DNA of 36,533 bases from Candidatus Micrarchaeota archaeon (GTDB taxonomy: Archaea; Micrarchaeota; Micrarchaeia; Anstonellales; Bilamarchaeaceae). Position 1 is the stretch's first letter, and each line of letters starts with the position of its first letter. Positions 27,905-36,533 of this stretch are shown in pieces. Under the pieces are notes generated by a model. It searched no databases and was not told the origin of the DNA. It saw only the letters and a program-made list of their open reading frames with translations. The stretch is from assembly GCA_041694885.1 (NCBI GenBank), contig JBGFRX010000041.1, forward strand, positions 1 through 36,533, in the 5' to 3' direction. The position numbers and the translations under genes are program-made.

Positions 27905-28750
27905 CTGGATATTGCGGAATTCGTGGACCAATATTACATCCAGCCCATAATCAGGCATGAAGGGTATAACATAGTCAATACGCTTACCTATGCAGTCATC
28001 GCGATTTTGGCGGTTTATTTCGCATATTCGATATTCAAAAGAAGCAAAATAACCGTAAACCGGAGATTCGTAATCAACACCATTCCTTTCGTGCTTTTCG
28101 GCTCGACTGTGCGCGTGATAACCGACAGTATAGATAGCGGAGTGATGAAGCCGATAACTCCACTGCATTCACTCATCCTTGATTCGCATATTTACGATTA
28201 CGGGTTTTTCACGAGCAGCCCGGGAATTTACATAGTCACCGCATTTTTGTTTTTCATTTCCCTGTTTGCCGTGCACAAACTCAAAAAGCCGGAAGCGCTC
28301 GGATACCTGGGAACTGCGCTCTGGGTTCCGCATTTCCTCGTCCTTCTTTTCATGCTCAAATATACCGAATACGCGATTCCAGTGCTAATTTTAGCGGCAA
28401 TTCCATTCTACTTGGCTCTCAGGCATTTCAAAAATGACATCCTCGCGGGGATTGTGGGAGCGCACGCACTGGACGGAGCTGCCACGTTCTTCATAATCGA
28501 CTTTTTCGGAATGCTTACTGGAAAAAGTTATTTCGAGCAGCACGTCATCCCTTCTTTCATAGGCGAGGCGTTCGGCACCTTTTTCCCCTTTTATCTTCTT
28601 AAAATAGGGATCGCGTTCGGGGCAGCGCATTTCATTGCAAATGAAAAGGACGCAAATGAAGGGGAAAAGCATTTTATTGCCCTCCTCCTCATAATAATCG
28701 GGCTCGCGCCCGGGTTGAGGGGCCTGCTCAGAATGGTCGTAGGTGCTTAG
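27905..28750 (+). CDS. DUF63-family membrane protein
   Basis: YYIQPI..GYNIVNTLTYA, SPGIY, HALDG, YFEQHV, IGLAPGLR; start possibly CTG. Confidence 0.85.
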   Translation: MDIAEFVDQYYIQPIIRHEGYNIVNTLTYAVIAILAVYFAYSIFKRSKITVNRRFVINTIPFVLFGSTVRVITDSIDSGVMKPITPLHSLILDSHIYDYGFFTSSPGIYIVTAFLFFISLFAVHKLKKPEALGYLGTALWVPHFLVLLFMLKYTEYAIPVLILAAIPFYLALRHFKNDILAGIVGAHALDGAATFFIIDFFGMLTGKSYFEQHVIPSFIGEAFGTFFPFYLLKIGIAFGAAHFIANEKDANEGEKHFIALLLIIIGLAPGLRGLLRMVVGA

Positions 28751-29419
28751 ATGGAAATTCTGGATGCTCTGGTTTGGGGCGCTGGACTCATGGTTGCTGC
28801 ACTTTTGGGCGCATGGCTTCTTATGAAAAGGAAGCCGCGAAAGAGCCCGGAAGAGCGGGTTGACGCCATGCTTGCGAAAATTGCTTCGGATTTGGGCTAC
28901 ACCCTTGAAGGACATACGCTAAAATACGAAAGGAGCGGCCTGAAAATGAATTACGAATTCAGGGTTTCCGTTTCAGAGGAGAAGGGCATCGTGCACAACA
29001 GCTTTTCTGCAGAAACCGGCTTCGAGCCTGGAAAATTCTTTGTGGTGCGCCCTGCGTCTCCCAAAATCCGGACCGAAATCTACCCGAAAACGGAAGCAAC
29101 GGAATACTTTGCGGCGAAGATAAAAAACATACTTGAAAGCGATGTGGATGCGGTGCGCCTGAATAAGGACGGCTATGCAATATCGGTAAGCACAGGCGGG
29201 ATATGTATAAGTCCTAAAATGGGTTTGTTCATGGGCAAAAAAAACGCCGTCAATCTTGACATAAGCGGCGAGATCTCCAAAGAAGGGCTGTTCCACGGAA
29301 TATTCTCAGATAGGGAAAGCGAGGCACAGGAAGCGGAATACACGGATGAATGGAAAGGGCTCGTGGAGCGTGGATTCGGCGTGCTTGAAAAAATCGCCAG
29401 AACTGCAGGGGAGGGCTGA
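28751..29419 (+). CDS. Hypothetical protein with N-terminal TM anchor
   Basis: 222-aa ORF abutting both neighbours; LVWGAGLMVAALLGAWLL followed by basic residues. Confidence 0.75.
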   Translation: MEILDALVWGAGLMVAALLGAWLLMKRKPRKSPEERVDAMLAKIASDLGYTLEGHTLKYERSGLKMNYEFRVSVSEEKGIVHNSFSAETGFEPGKFFVVRPASPKIRTEIYPKTEATEYFAAKIKNILESDVDAVRLNKDGYAISVSTGGICISPKMGLFMGKKNAVNLDISGEISKEGLFHGIFSDRESEAQEAEYTDEWKGLVERGFGVLEKIARTAGEG

Positions 29420-30159
29420 TGCTCGCTCTGATTGGGCTGGGAATTTGCGGAGACCTCACTTTGCAGGGGCTGAAGGAGGCGAAAAACGCCGATGAGGTTT
29501 ATTCCGAGGTGCACACTGGAATCCTCCTGCCCGACTGGCATAAAAAAACGGAAAAACTGATTGGAAAGAAAATAAGCATACTCGAACGCGAAATAGTGGA
29601 AAGCGACTTTATCGTGAAGAGCTCTGGGAAGAAAAAAATCGCCCTTCTTGTTCCAGGGGATCCGCTTGCTGCGACCACGCATTATATGCATTTGCAGGAT
29701 GCAAAAAAGGCTGGAATCAAGGTCAGGATGGTGCACAATTCCTCCATTTTCATAGCAGCACCTGGGAAATGCGGGCTCCAGCACTACAAGTTCGGAAAGA
29801 CGGCAACACTGGCTTTTTGGAGAAAGAACTACGAACCAGTGAGCGCGCTCGAGATCGTGGAGGAAAACCTGAAAAATGGCTTGCATACCCTTCTTCTTTT
29901 GGATTTAGACAAAAATTTTGGGCCGATGGACACATGGGGTGCATTTAAGCTGATTGAAAAAATGGAGGAGAAATTGGAGCGAAAGATAATGGATAAATTG
30001 GTTGTGCTCTCGCGCGTGGGCTGGAAAGATGAGAAGATAAATTATGGGAAAATTCCGGAATTATTGAAAAAGGATTTGGGGAAGGCACCGTTCTGTTTCA
30101 TTATTCCCGGGAAGTTGCACTTTGCCGAAGAGGAGAACCTGGAGGAGTTTCGGATTTAG
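29419..30159 (+). CDS. dph5: Diphthine synthase
   Basis: LIGLG, GDPLAATTH, HNSSI, GLQHYKFGKT, GLHTLLLLD, PGKLHF. Confidence 0.97.
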   Translation: MLALIGLGICGDLTLQGLKEAKNADEVYSEVHTGILLPDWHKKTEKLIGKKISILEREIVESDFIVKSSGKKKIALLVPGDPLAATTHYMHLQDAKKAGIKVRMVHNSSIFIAAPGKCGLQHYKFGKTATLAFWRKNYEPVSALEIVEENLKNGLHTLLLLDLDKNFGPMDTWGAFKLIEKMEEKLERKIMDKLVVLSRVGWKDEKINYGKIPELLKKDLGKAPFCFIIPGKLHFAEEENLEEFRI

Positions 30160-30186
30160 GCGACCTATCCAGGACCATCAATATCG

Positions 30187-30259
30187 GAAGCCACGGGCTC
30201 CTTCAGCTTTGCTGAAGGGATTGTGGACGAAGTCCGCAGGATTGGCCCGTGGTGCTTCA
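30187..30259 (+). repeat. Branched palindrome resembling an IS200/IS605 end
   Basis: CCACGGGC/GCCCGTGG stem enclosing two hairpins; GAAGC...GCTTCA ends. Confidence 0.55.
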
Positions 30260-30811
30260 TTCTTCACCGTACGTCTCGAAATACAAATCCGAGAATGCGT
30301 AAACAATAGGGTCTTCTGCAAATGTCTTTTGCACGTCATCCCCTGAAAGCACTGAGCCGCTCTCGGGGTTTATAATGTGCTGCTCGCCTTTCCATTCGTA
30401 GCCCACGTACACTTTTCTGCTTTTCGTGATGTACATCTTCGCAGTTGGCGAACCGAACGAGCGCAAAAGTGAAGTGAGGAGGAGTGCCTGGTCTATCAAA
30501 TCGCCTGCCTTGAATTCATCCATGATATGGAAGTCGATCCAGAAGCTCACTGGAAGCTCGAGGTTCGTTATGCCCTTTATGTATTCGATTGAATTCTGGA
30601 GCGCTGCAGGAAAATGTTTCTCGTATTCATAGGGTTTGGGTTCAGGCGAAAGGCGCTCGCCCAATTGCTTCACGAATTCGTTGTAAGGAGAAATGCGCTC
30701 CCTTAGTTCGGAGATGCTCTTGTGCTCGCCTTCCTCTATCTTTTCCTTATAGCGCGAAATTATGAGTTCGTAGACTTTCAACCGTATCTCGTTGTTCGCC
30801 TCATTTTCCAT
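30257..30811 (-). CDS. Hypothetical protein, possibly an inactive transglutaminase-like fold
   Basis: GDLIDQALLLTSLLRSFG resembles the GDCxDxAxLxxxLLRxxG core. Confidence 0.65.
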   Translation of the reverse strand: MENEANNEIRLKVYELIISRYKEKIEEGEHKSISELRERISPYNEFVKQLGERLSPEPKPYEYEKHFPAALQNSIEYIKGITNLELPVSFWIDFHIMDEFKAGDLIDQALLLTSLLRSFGSPTAKMYITKSRKVYVGYEWKGEQHIINPESGSVLSGDDVQKTFAEDPIVYAFSDLYFETYGEE

Positions 30812-31036
30812 ACGATTTTAAATAGAACGACTGTATTCTTAAATTTTTCCATCCAAAATAGATTCAGAAAAATTGTACTATCCGAACACTCAGCTTTGGC
30901 TGGGGGCTTGGATATCTGAAGTTTTCGGTCTCCAGTCCTGTGTTGCGAAACCCGAAACGCTAAACTGGAAACCGGTGAATAGAACCAATACAGAAATGTA
31001 AAGGAAAGATGCGAAGTACAGGGGTTAAAGTGAAAA

Positions 31037-32341
31037 ATGAAAATCACATTCTATGGAGGAGTGGGCGAAGTGGGCAGGTCCTGCGCCCTCTTGGAGGACA
31101 ATGAGAAAAACCTGCTTTTGGACGCAGGGATAAAATTAGGAGAAAAGATCGAGCTTCCTATAATTCCTGAGGAAAAGTTCGGGAAAATAAGGAATGTGTT
31201 CGTGAGCCACGCGCATTTGGACCATTCCGGATTCCTGCCGCACATATACGCGAAGGAATTTACTCCTCCCAGGGTCTTCGTGACCAAGCCCACGCGCGAT
31301 CTGATGGGTGTGCTGCTTGCTGATTATCTCAAGATACAGAAATTGCGCGAGCAGAAGCTCTATTTTGGAGAAGGAGAAGTGGACGAGGTAATGAGGCACG
31401 CAAAAATAGAAGAGTTCGGGAAAACGTTCAATGCGGATTTCGACGTGATGCTTTACAATGCAGGGCACATCCTCGGGAGCGCGATGGCGCTCGTGGAGAA
31501 CAGTGGAAGGAAAGTCCTTTATACTGGGGACATAAGCATGAGGAACACGCGGATAATGGAGGGCGCACACCGCGGAATACATGCAGACACTCTGATAGTG
31601 GAAAGCACCTATGGAGGGAAGGAGGACATAATTCCGGGCGCAAAAGAAAGCATGAAGAAGTTCGTGGATTCTATAAACGAAACGCTCACAGCAGGCGGCT
31701 TTGTGCTTGTTCCGAGCTTTGCAGTGGGAAGGGCGCAGGAGATCCTGCTTGCGCTCGAGGACCACATGCGCTCCGGCGCTTTGGTCAGGGCGCCGATCTA
31801 CATAGACGGAATGATTTCAAAGGCAATGAGGATTTACAGGCAGAACGTGATTTACGCGAGCGAATCCATAAAAATGAGGATACTTACGAGCGACGACGAC
31901 CCTTTCAGGAGCAGGTTCTTCCACATGTCCAGGACAAAGGGGAGGGAAGACGTGTTTAAGGAGCCGGCCATAATCATCACTACAAGCGGGATGCTTTTAG
32001 GAGGCCCTGCGCTCATATATTTGGAGAAGATGCATCCGGATCCCAAGAATAAACTGATAATAATTGGCTACCAGGCAGAAGGGACTCTTGGAAGGAGGCT
32101 GCTTTCCGGAGAGAAGAAAGTGAAGATAGGCGAACAGGAAATCGAGCTCCGGATGAAAATCGAGAACATAAAGATTTCCGGCCACGCGGACCACAACGAA
32201 CTCCTGCAGTTCATAAAAGGCACGAAAGGTCTGAAGAAGGTGTTTCTGGTGCATGGGGAAAAGGGGGACGAACTGCGCGAAGACCTTGAAAAGGACTACG
32301 AAGTTATGCTGCCTGAATTAGGGGGCGAGTACACGATATAA
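31037..32341 (+). CDS. MBL-fold beta-CASP ribonuclease (aCPSF-type, no KH domains)
   Basis: GEVGRSC, SHAHLDHSG, AGHILGS, YTGD, ESTYG, AVGRAQE, SGHAD, VHGE. Confidence 0.95.
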   Translation: MKITFYGGVGEVGRSCALLEDNEKNLLLDAGIKLGEKIELPIIPEEKFGKIRNVFVSHAHLDHSGFLPHIYAKEFTPPRVFVTKPTRDLMGVLLADYLKIQKLREQKLYFGEGEVDEVMRHAKIEEFGKTFNADFDVMLYNAGHILGSAMALVENSGRKVLYTGDISMRNTRIMEGAHRGIHADTLIVESTYGGKEDIIPGAKESMKKFVDSINETLTAGGFVLVPSFAVGRAQEILLALEDHMRSGALVRAPIYIDGMISKAMRIYRQNVIYASESIKMRILTSDDDPFRSRFFHMSRTKGREDVFKEPAIIITTSGMLLGGPALIYLEKMHPDPKNKLIIIGYQAEGTLGRRLLSGEKKVKIGEQEIELRMKIENIKISGHADHNELLQFIKGTKGLKKVFLVHGEKGDELREDLEKDYEVMLPELGGEYTI

Positions 32342-32370
32342 TTTATAAAATGGGCGAGTGAATAAAAAAC

Positions 32371-32802
32371 ATGCGGAAAATACTTGCGCTCCTGCTCATT
32401 CTTGCAATTCTCAATTTTGCATTCAATGTAACCTATTCAGTGAAAGAGAATGAGATTGTATTCATAATAGACGGGACGCACTATGAGAAGATGAACCTTA
32501 CCCTCTTTTTGTTCAAGAACGGGGTGCAAGTGCGCGGACTCCAGAAGAACAATGTGATTCTGCCGCATTACTACTTCATGCCCTACAACGAGAGTGGTGT
32601 TTATGAACTGCGCGCAGTGAGTCAGAAGAACGAATATGCGAACGCAATTGTGAATATCACTATTCCGGATGCGATCAAGGAAGCTGAGAAAAGAGAGGAA
32701 CAACAGTCCTCTGATTATGCGATAATAGTTGCAGTGGCTGGATTGCTCGTTCTTGGTCTGCTCCTGCGAAGCTTTTTAAAGGCGGGGAGTTATAAGAAAT
32801 AG
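32371..32802 (+). CDS. Secreted protein with C-terminal TM anchor
   Basis: Signal peptide MRKILALLLILAILNFA, C-terminal IIVAVAGLLVLGLLL; upstream TTTATAAA. Confidence 0.8.
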   Translation: MRKILALLLILAILNFAFNVTYSVKENEIVFIIDGTHYEKMNLTLFLFKNGVQVRGLQKNNVILPHYYFMPYNESGVYELRAVSQKNEYANAIVNITIPDAIKEAEKREEQQSSDYAIIVAVAGLLVLGLLLRSFLKAGSYKK

Positions 32803-32817
32803 GAAAATGGTGGAAAG

Positions 32818-35800
32818 ATGGGCGAGGTGGCAGCTATATTGGAAGCGGGAAAAAAAGCTGAAGAAATAGTGCCTGTGAAAAAGGAGACGTTTGCAGAGAT
32901 GGCAAAGCCACTGGTGGACCTCGGCGTGTCCAAATCCCTTATCGAGGAATTCATAGCCAGGACAGGGGTAAGGAACACGGATGAACTCAGGCAGAAGATG
33001 GCAGATTACGGAATGGGCTACTTGTGGAGAAGCATATTGAGGACCGAACGCGGCGATGTGGATAAGATATTCAGCAACATAGAGAATAAGAAATTCAACG
33101 AAGAGGAGGGGCAGATGCTGCGCGCGAGCATAAGCGGCGCGATGAGGGCTGCGATCGCCTTGGAGGACAACCTGAAGCAGACCGGGATAGCAAGCAAGAA
33201 TAGAGACAAGATAATAAACACGCTGATGTTCAAGAACCTCACAAAAAGCCAGATAGAGGTTTACGCCGCAGGGCAGACGCAGCAGATCAACATGCCATTC
33301 GTGTTCCTGCTGGGCTCGCTCGAGCTGGGCTTGCACAATGCAGTAACCGACGCAAAGGGCGATCCCGGGGAAGTGAAGAAGCTTCATGCAGATTATGCGA
33401 AAGTGCTGGCAGAGTATTTCAAACCCGTCAGGACTTCCGGAAGCGCGGAAGAAGTGGCGAAATCCATAAAGGAAGGCATCTTCGGCAAGAAAGCCGAGAT
33501 AGAGGGGTTTTTCCTTTCCACGTTCGTGAAAGCCAGAGAAGTTGCAGCAGGAGGGAAGTACGAAGGAGGCATCGGCGAGCTCAACAGCGTGGTGAGGGAA
33601 TATATAAATAAGGCGCCCCAAAAGATCGTCGAGTTCGCGAAGAAGACCGGGGATAAGAGCTTCATAAGTATGGTGGAGAGCAAGTTCGACGACAAAAACC
33701 TCTATTTCTTCAAGGCGAGCGAGAGGGAGGATTTCAAGAGATACCTTATACATTATGTGGGCCAGCGCATCATGGATTATCCAGCCAATCTGACCAGGGA
33801 GAATTTCGAGGGCGTCATGGACGACATGCTCATGCGCTACCTAACCGAGAACGCGGTATATTTTGCAAGATACAAATATCCGAGCAGCATAAACCAGCAC
33901 CTCAGGATGGTCGGGTTCGCCACTGCGCCGCTCCAGCCCCACCTAAGCTACCTCGCAACTGCTGACGCCAAGACGAACCACGATCTTGAGATGGAGCTGC
34001 TCAAGACCATACTTACTCCCAAGACGCCTAGTGAGAAGAAAGTGGAGGCACTGGGGAAATGGCAGGAGAAAGTTCTGGACGCATACGTGAATGCGCTGAA
34101 GAAGAATGCTGGAATAACGCTGGACAAGGAGGGCGACGCGCTGTTCGCATATTTCTTCATGCCGAAGCAGCTCCAGGAGGCGCAGGAGCAATATGGGGAA
34201 AAGGAATGGAGAGGCAAGCTCAGGGATGCGCTCGATCGCGCAGGGGAAGTATTCGGAATAAAGTTCGGGAATCTGCTCCTTCTCCATGATCCGAAGAAGA
34301 TGCTGGAGGTCAAGGCACAGATAGAGAAGAGTCCGTTCTACAATGCGCTTTCAAAGGATAAGGGCTACAAGGAGAACGAGATACTCTGGTCGCTCATAGA
34401 TGTAATACCTACTGTTGCTGACCTCGCGAGGTTCGTGGAGGACAAGGAAGAGCTCAGGAAAAAAGTGAGCGAAGCAATAGGCGGGCTCAGGAAGAGGTCC
34501 GAGGTCTCCAAAGAATACGATGCAGCAGCTGGACCCAAGAGGAGTGAGTACGAACGGGAATTCATGACTAACGCCATAATGAATGGAATAGCGTACGGGC
34601 TCAACAAGTATTACATAGCGGACAAAAACCAGGCTGTGGAGAAAGCCGGCGAATTCCTCGGGCTGGGCCTTGAGATATGGAATTTGGAGCCCATGAAAGC
34701 CATAAGCGAGAAGATAAAAGCAGGTCAGGAGCCCCTTAGCTCTGAAGATTACGGGACCGCAACGAAAAGCATAGTTGCGCACGACGGATTCACGAACAGC
34801 GCCTTCTACAAGACGCTGAAATCGTGGGGCTTGGACGATGATGTGGTAATCGATGCCGCGGTGAAGCTGATGCCGCAGATAACAGATGTTTATTTCAGGT
34901 ATAACCAAGGCGACCTCATAATGGAGAGCTCTCTTGCGAGGATGAAGCCGATCACCAAGGATGACATAGAAGAGATGAAAACTGCGCTCAGGGAAGATGT
35001 TGTGAAAAGCAGGGAGGCGATGGTGGATGTGGTGAGCACCGCTCTTGCTGCAAGGTTCGCGGAATCTATGAACGAAACGATCAAGAGCGGAAAAGTGGAG
35101 ATAGCAGCACCTGAGGAGAGAGCAGCACCTGAGAAGGCGAAGACAGTCCCTGTCAAGACTTTGCTTTACACCATAGAACTAAGCAAAAAAACCGGGATGT
35201 GGGAAGCGCTGAATATCACCATGCTCACGGATGCGCTATGGAGCGGGGCAGGCGCTACGGACGGCGAGATGAAGCATTTCGAGCATACGATGAAGGCTGC
35301 TAGAAAGATGACAAAGGAAGGAAAAGTAAAAGCCGTGATAAACGGGATTCCTGCAGCGCAATACGATCTGCGCGAGCATAGCGGAAATGTGAAGGCGAAG
35401 GCGCTAGCGGACAAATATTACAAGGAGCATATGAAGATGGGATACGAGGAAGTGCTTGCAATGGAGAAGGAGCACGACAGTATATACACCACGCTGCTGG
35501 ATATAGCTAGGCAGAAAGCAGGTCGCACCGTGACAAAAGATGAGGCGCAGCTCCATAAAGTCATTGCGGAATATTTCGTGGGCGGTGCGGGAAAACTCTT
35601 CGTGGAGCACGGAATAAACTTCCTAAATCCGGAGAACGTAGCGTTCGTTTCCCAGGGCTTCGACCTCAAATTCACCAAAGAAAGCCTAAGGAAAACTGTT
35701 ATGGAGACACCGATGAATAAGATCCACGGTGCGGGATACAGGACGGGCAAGGAATTCCACTTGGGAATAGTGAGGGACGGCATGCTCACAGAAAAGATAG

Positions 35801-36533
35801 GAACAGTGAGCGGGAAAGAAGTGAACCTCGCCACAGAGTCGATCAACCTCAAGGCAGGCGATTATGTAGTTATATACACTATTGACAAGAGCGGCGGGAT
35901 GAAACTCGAGGCTTTCAATTCAGCGCTGTACTACAGGCAGCGCCAGAAACTTTCCAATAAGAACGCGCTATGGGTTAATGGCAGCGAGCACGTGGAACTC
36001 ACCATGTTCAACCTGAACGCAAAATACAACAAATATCCAATAAACGTCTCTTCGGTGGTGAAGGAAGTAGTGAAGGAAGTGGAGAAAGCTGCGCCGCCAG
36101 CGCCTGTTGAGATCACGAAGAAGGCGCATTATCAGGGACCGGACAGGCCGCTTGCAATGAGGACATTCCGCGCGCCTGCGCAGGTTCCGCTCATTTCGCC
36201 GCCTATCGTGGCAGTGAGCGAACTGTTCAGGACTACAGAGCTTACAACCACATATACGTTCCAGGCAGAAGTAGGGGCGCAGATTAACTGGTACAACCTA
36301 TCGCTGGTGGTGCAGGGTTGGACCACAAGTTCACCGCAGACTCCTGAGCAGGTCCTGACGGAATTCAGAGACTTAGTGAACAACCTGATAAAAAAAGGCA
36401 CCCTACCGAATACGCCAGGTAATTATTACCTTAACTCAAACGGCACAATGAGTAGTTCGCCGGCTACAAGCGAATACGCACGGGTTGAGATAGGGGCTAA
36501 TGGAGAAGTGAACGTTTATGATGATCTGAACAA
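32818..36533 (+). CDS. Very large hypothetical protein, at least 1238 aa, 3' end outside the window (not in the ORF track)
   Basis: Read by hand from ATG 32818 (MGEVAAILEAGKK...) to the window end with no in-frame stop. Confidence 0.9.
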   Translation, partial: MGEVAAILEAGKKAEEIVPVKKETFAEMAKPLVDLGVSKSLIEEFIARTGVRNTDELRQKMADYGMGYLWRSILRTERGDVDKIFSNIENKKFNEEEGQMLRASISGAMRAAIALEDNLKQTGIASKNRDKIINTLMFKNLTKSQIEVYAAGQTQQINMPFVFLLGSLELGLHNAVTDAKGDPGEVKKLHADYAKVLAEYFKPVRTSGSAEEVAKSIKEGIFGKKAEIEGFFLSTFVKAREVAAGGKYEGGIGELNSVVREYINKAPQKIVEFAKKTGDKSFISMVESKFDDKNLYFFKASEREDFKRYLIHYVGQRIMDYPANLTRENFEGVMDDMLMRYLTENAVYFARYKYPSSINQHLRMVGFATAPLQPHLSYLATADAKTNHDLEMELLKTILTPKTPSEKKVEALGKWQEKVLDAYVNALKKNAGITLDKEGDALFAYFFMPKQLQEAQEQYGEKEWRGKLRDALDRAGEVFGIKFGNLLLLHDPKKMLEVKAQIEKSPFYNALSKDKGYKENEILWSLIDVIPTVADLARFVEDKEELRKKVSEAIGGLRKRSEVSKEYDAAAGPKRSEYEREFMTNAIMNGIAYGLNKYYIADKNQAVEKAGEFLGLGLEIWNLEPMKAISEKIKAGQEPLSSEDYGTATKSIVAHDGFTNSAFYKTLKSWGLDDDVVIDAAVKLMPQITDVYFRYNQGDLIMESSLARMKPITKDDIEEMKTALREDVVKSREAMVDVVSTALAARFAESMNETIKSGKVEIAAPEERAAPEKAKTVPVKTLLYTIELSKKTGMWEALNITMLTDALWSGAGATDGEMKHFEHTMKAARKMTKEGKVKAVINGIPAAQYDLREHSGNVKAKALADKYYKEHMKMGYEEVLAMEKEHDSIYTTLLDIARQKAGRTVTKDEAQLHKVIAEYFVGGAGKLFVEHGINFLNPENVAFVSQGFDLKFTKESLRKTVMETPMNKIHGAGYRTGKEFHLGIVRDGMLTEKIGTVSGKEVNLATESINLKAGDYVVIYTIDKSGGMKLEAFNSALYYRQRQKLSNKNALWVNGSEHVELTMFNLNAKYNKYPINVSSVVKEVVKEVEKAAPPAPVEITKKAHYQGPDRPLAMRTFRAPAQVPLISPPIVAVSELFRTTELTTTYTFQAEVGAQINWYNLSLVVQGWTTSSPQTPEQVLTEFRDLVNNLIKKGTLPNTPGNYYLNSNGTMSSSPATSEYARVEIGANGEVNVYDDLN

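Noticed and set aside
30200..30240. Hammerhead ribozyme (CTGAAG...GAA)
   Set aside because: Core CUGANGA and GAAA are not met on either strand
32776..36401. Series of minus-strand ORFs in the track
   Set aside because: Shadows of the single uninterrupted plus-strand ORF from 32818
1..36533. CRISPR array, transposase, integrase or prophage
   Set aside because: No regularly spaced short repeats or such enzyme motifs seen; the 63-bp element has only two copies 6 kb apart

Overview
Archaeal chromosomal segment, most likely DPANN/Micrarchaeota-like (inferred from gene content, GGTGA-type ribosome-binding sites, TATA promoters and a VirB2-like pilin; not verified by phylogeny). Left to right: class III signal-peptide pilin-like genes, a VirB2/TrbC-like pilin, a GT2/GT-C glycosylation cluster, eIF2-gamma, rps6e, a small basic two-repeat protein, RFC large subunit, tRNA-Gly(CCC), a secreted Lon-type protease, Elp3, a HAD hydrolase, acylphosphatase, a HerA/VirB4-like ATPase, the gins-rpl44e-rps27e-eIF2-alpha-nop10-PAC2 operon, ftsZ-secE-spt5-dcd, a GGPP synthase, Rpp21, DUF63, dph5, a beta-CASP RNase and an unrecognised ORF of more than 1238 codons that runs off the window. 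Main findings: (1) a 457-aa LAGLIDADG intein inserted just before the first DDxxD motif of the prenyl-diphosphate synthase, an unusual intein host; (2) a 155-nt structured intron with a perfect bulge-helix-bulge in the T-loop (59/60) of tRNA-Gly; (3) a 63-bp non-coding element in two inverted copies, upstream of the GINS operon and of ftsZ; (4) a stand-alone C/D box guide RNA apparently targeting 23S rRNA near the A-loop; (5) an IS200/IS605-end-like palindrome. Two exact tandem duplications may be assembly artefacts.
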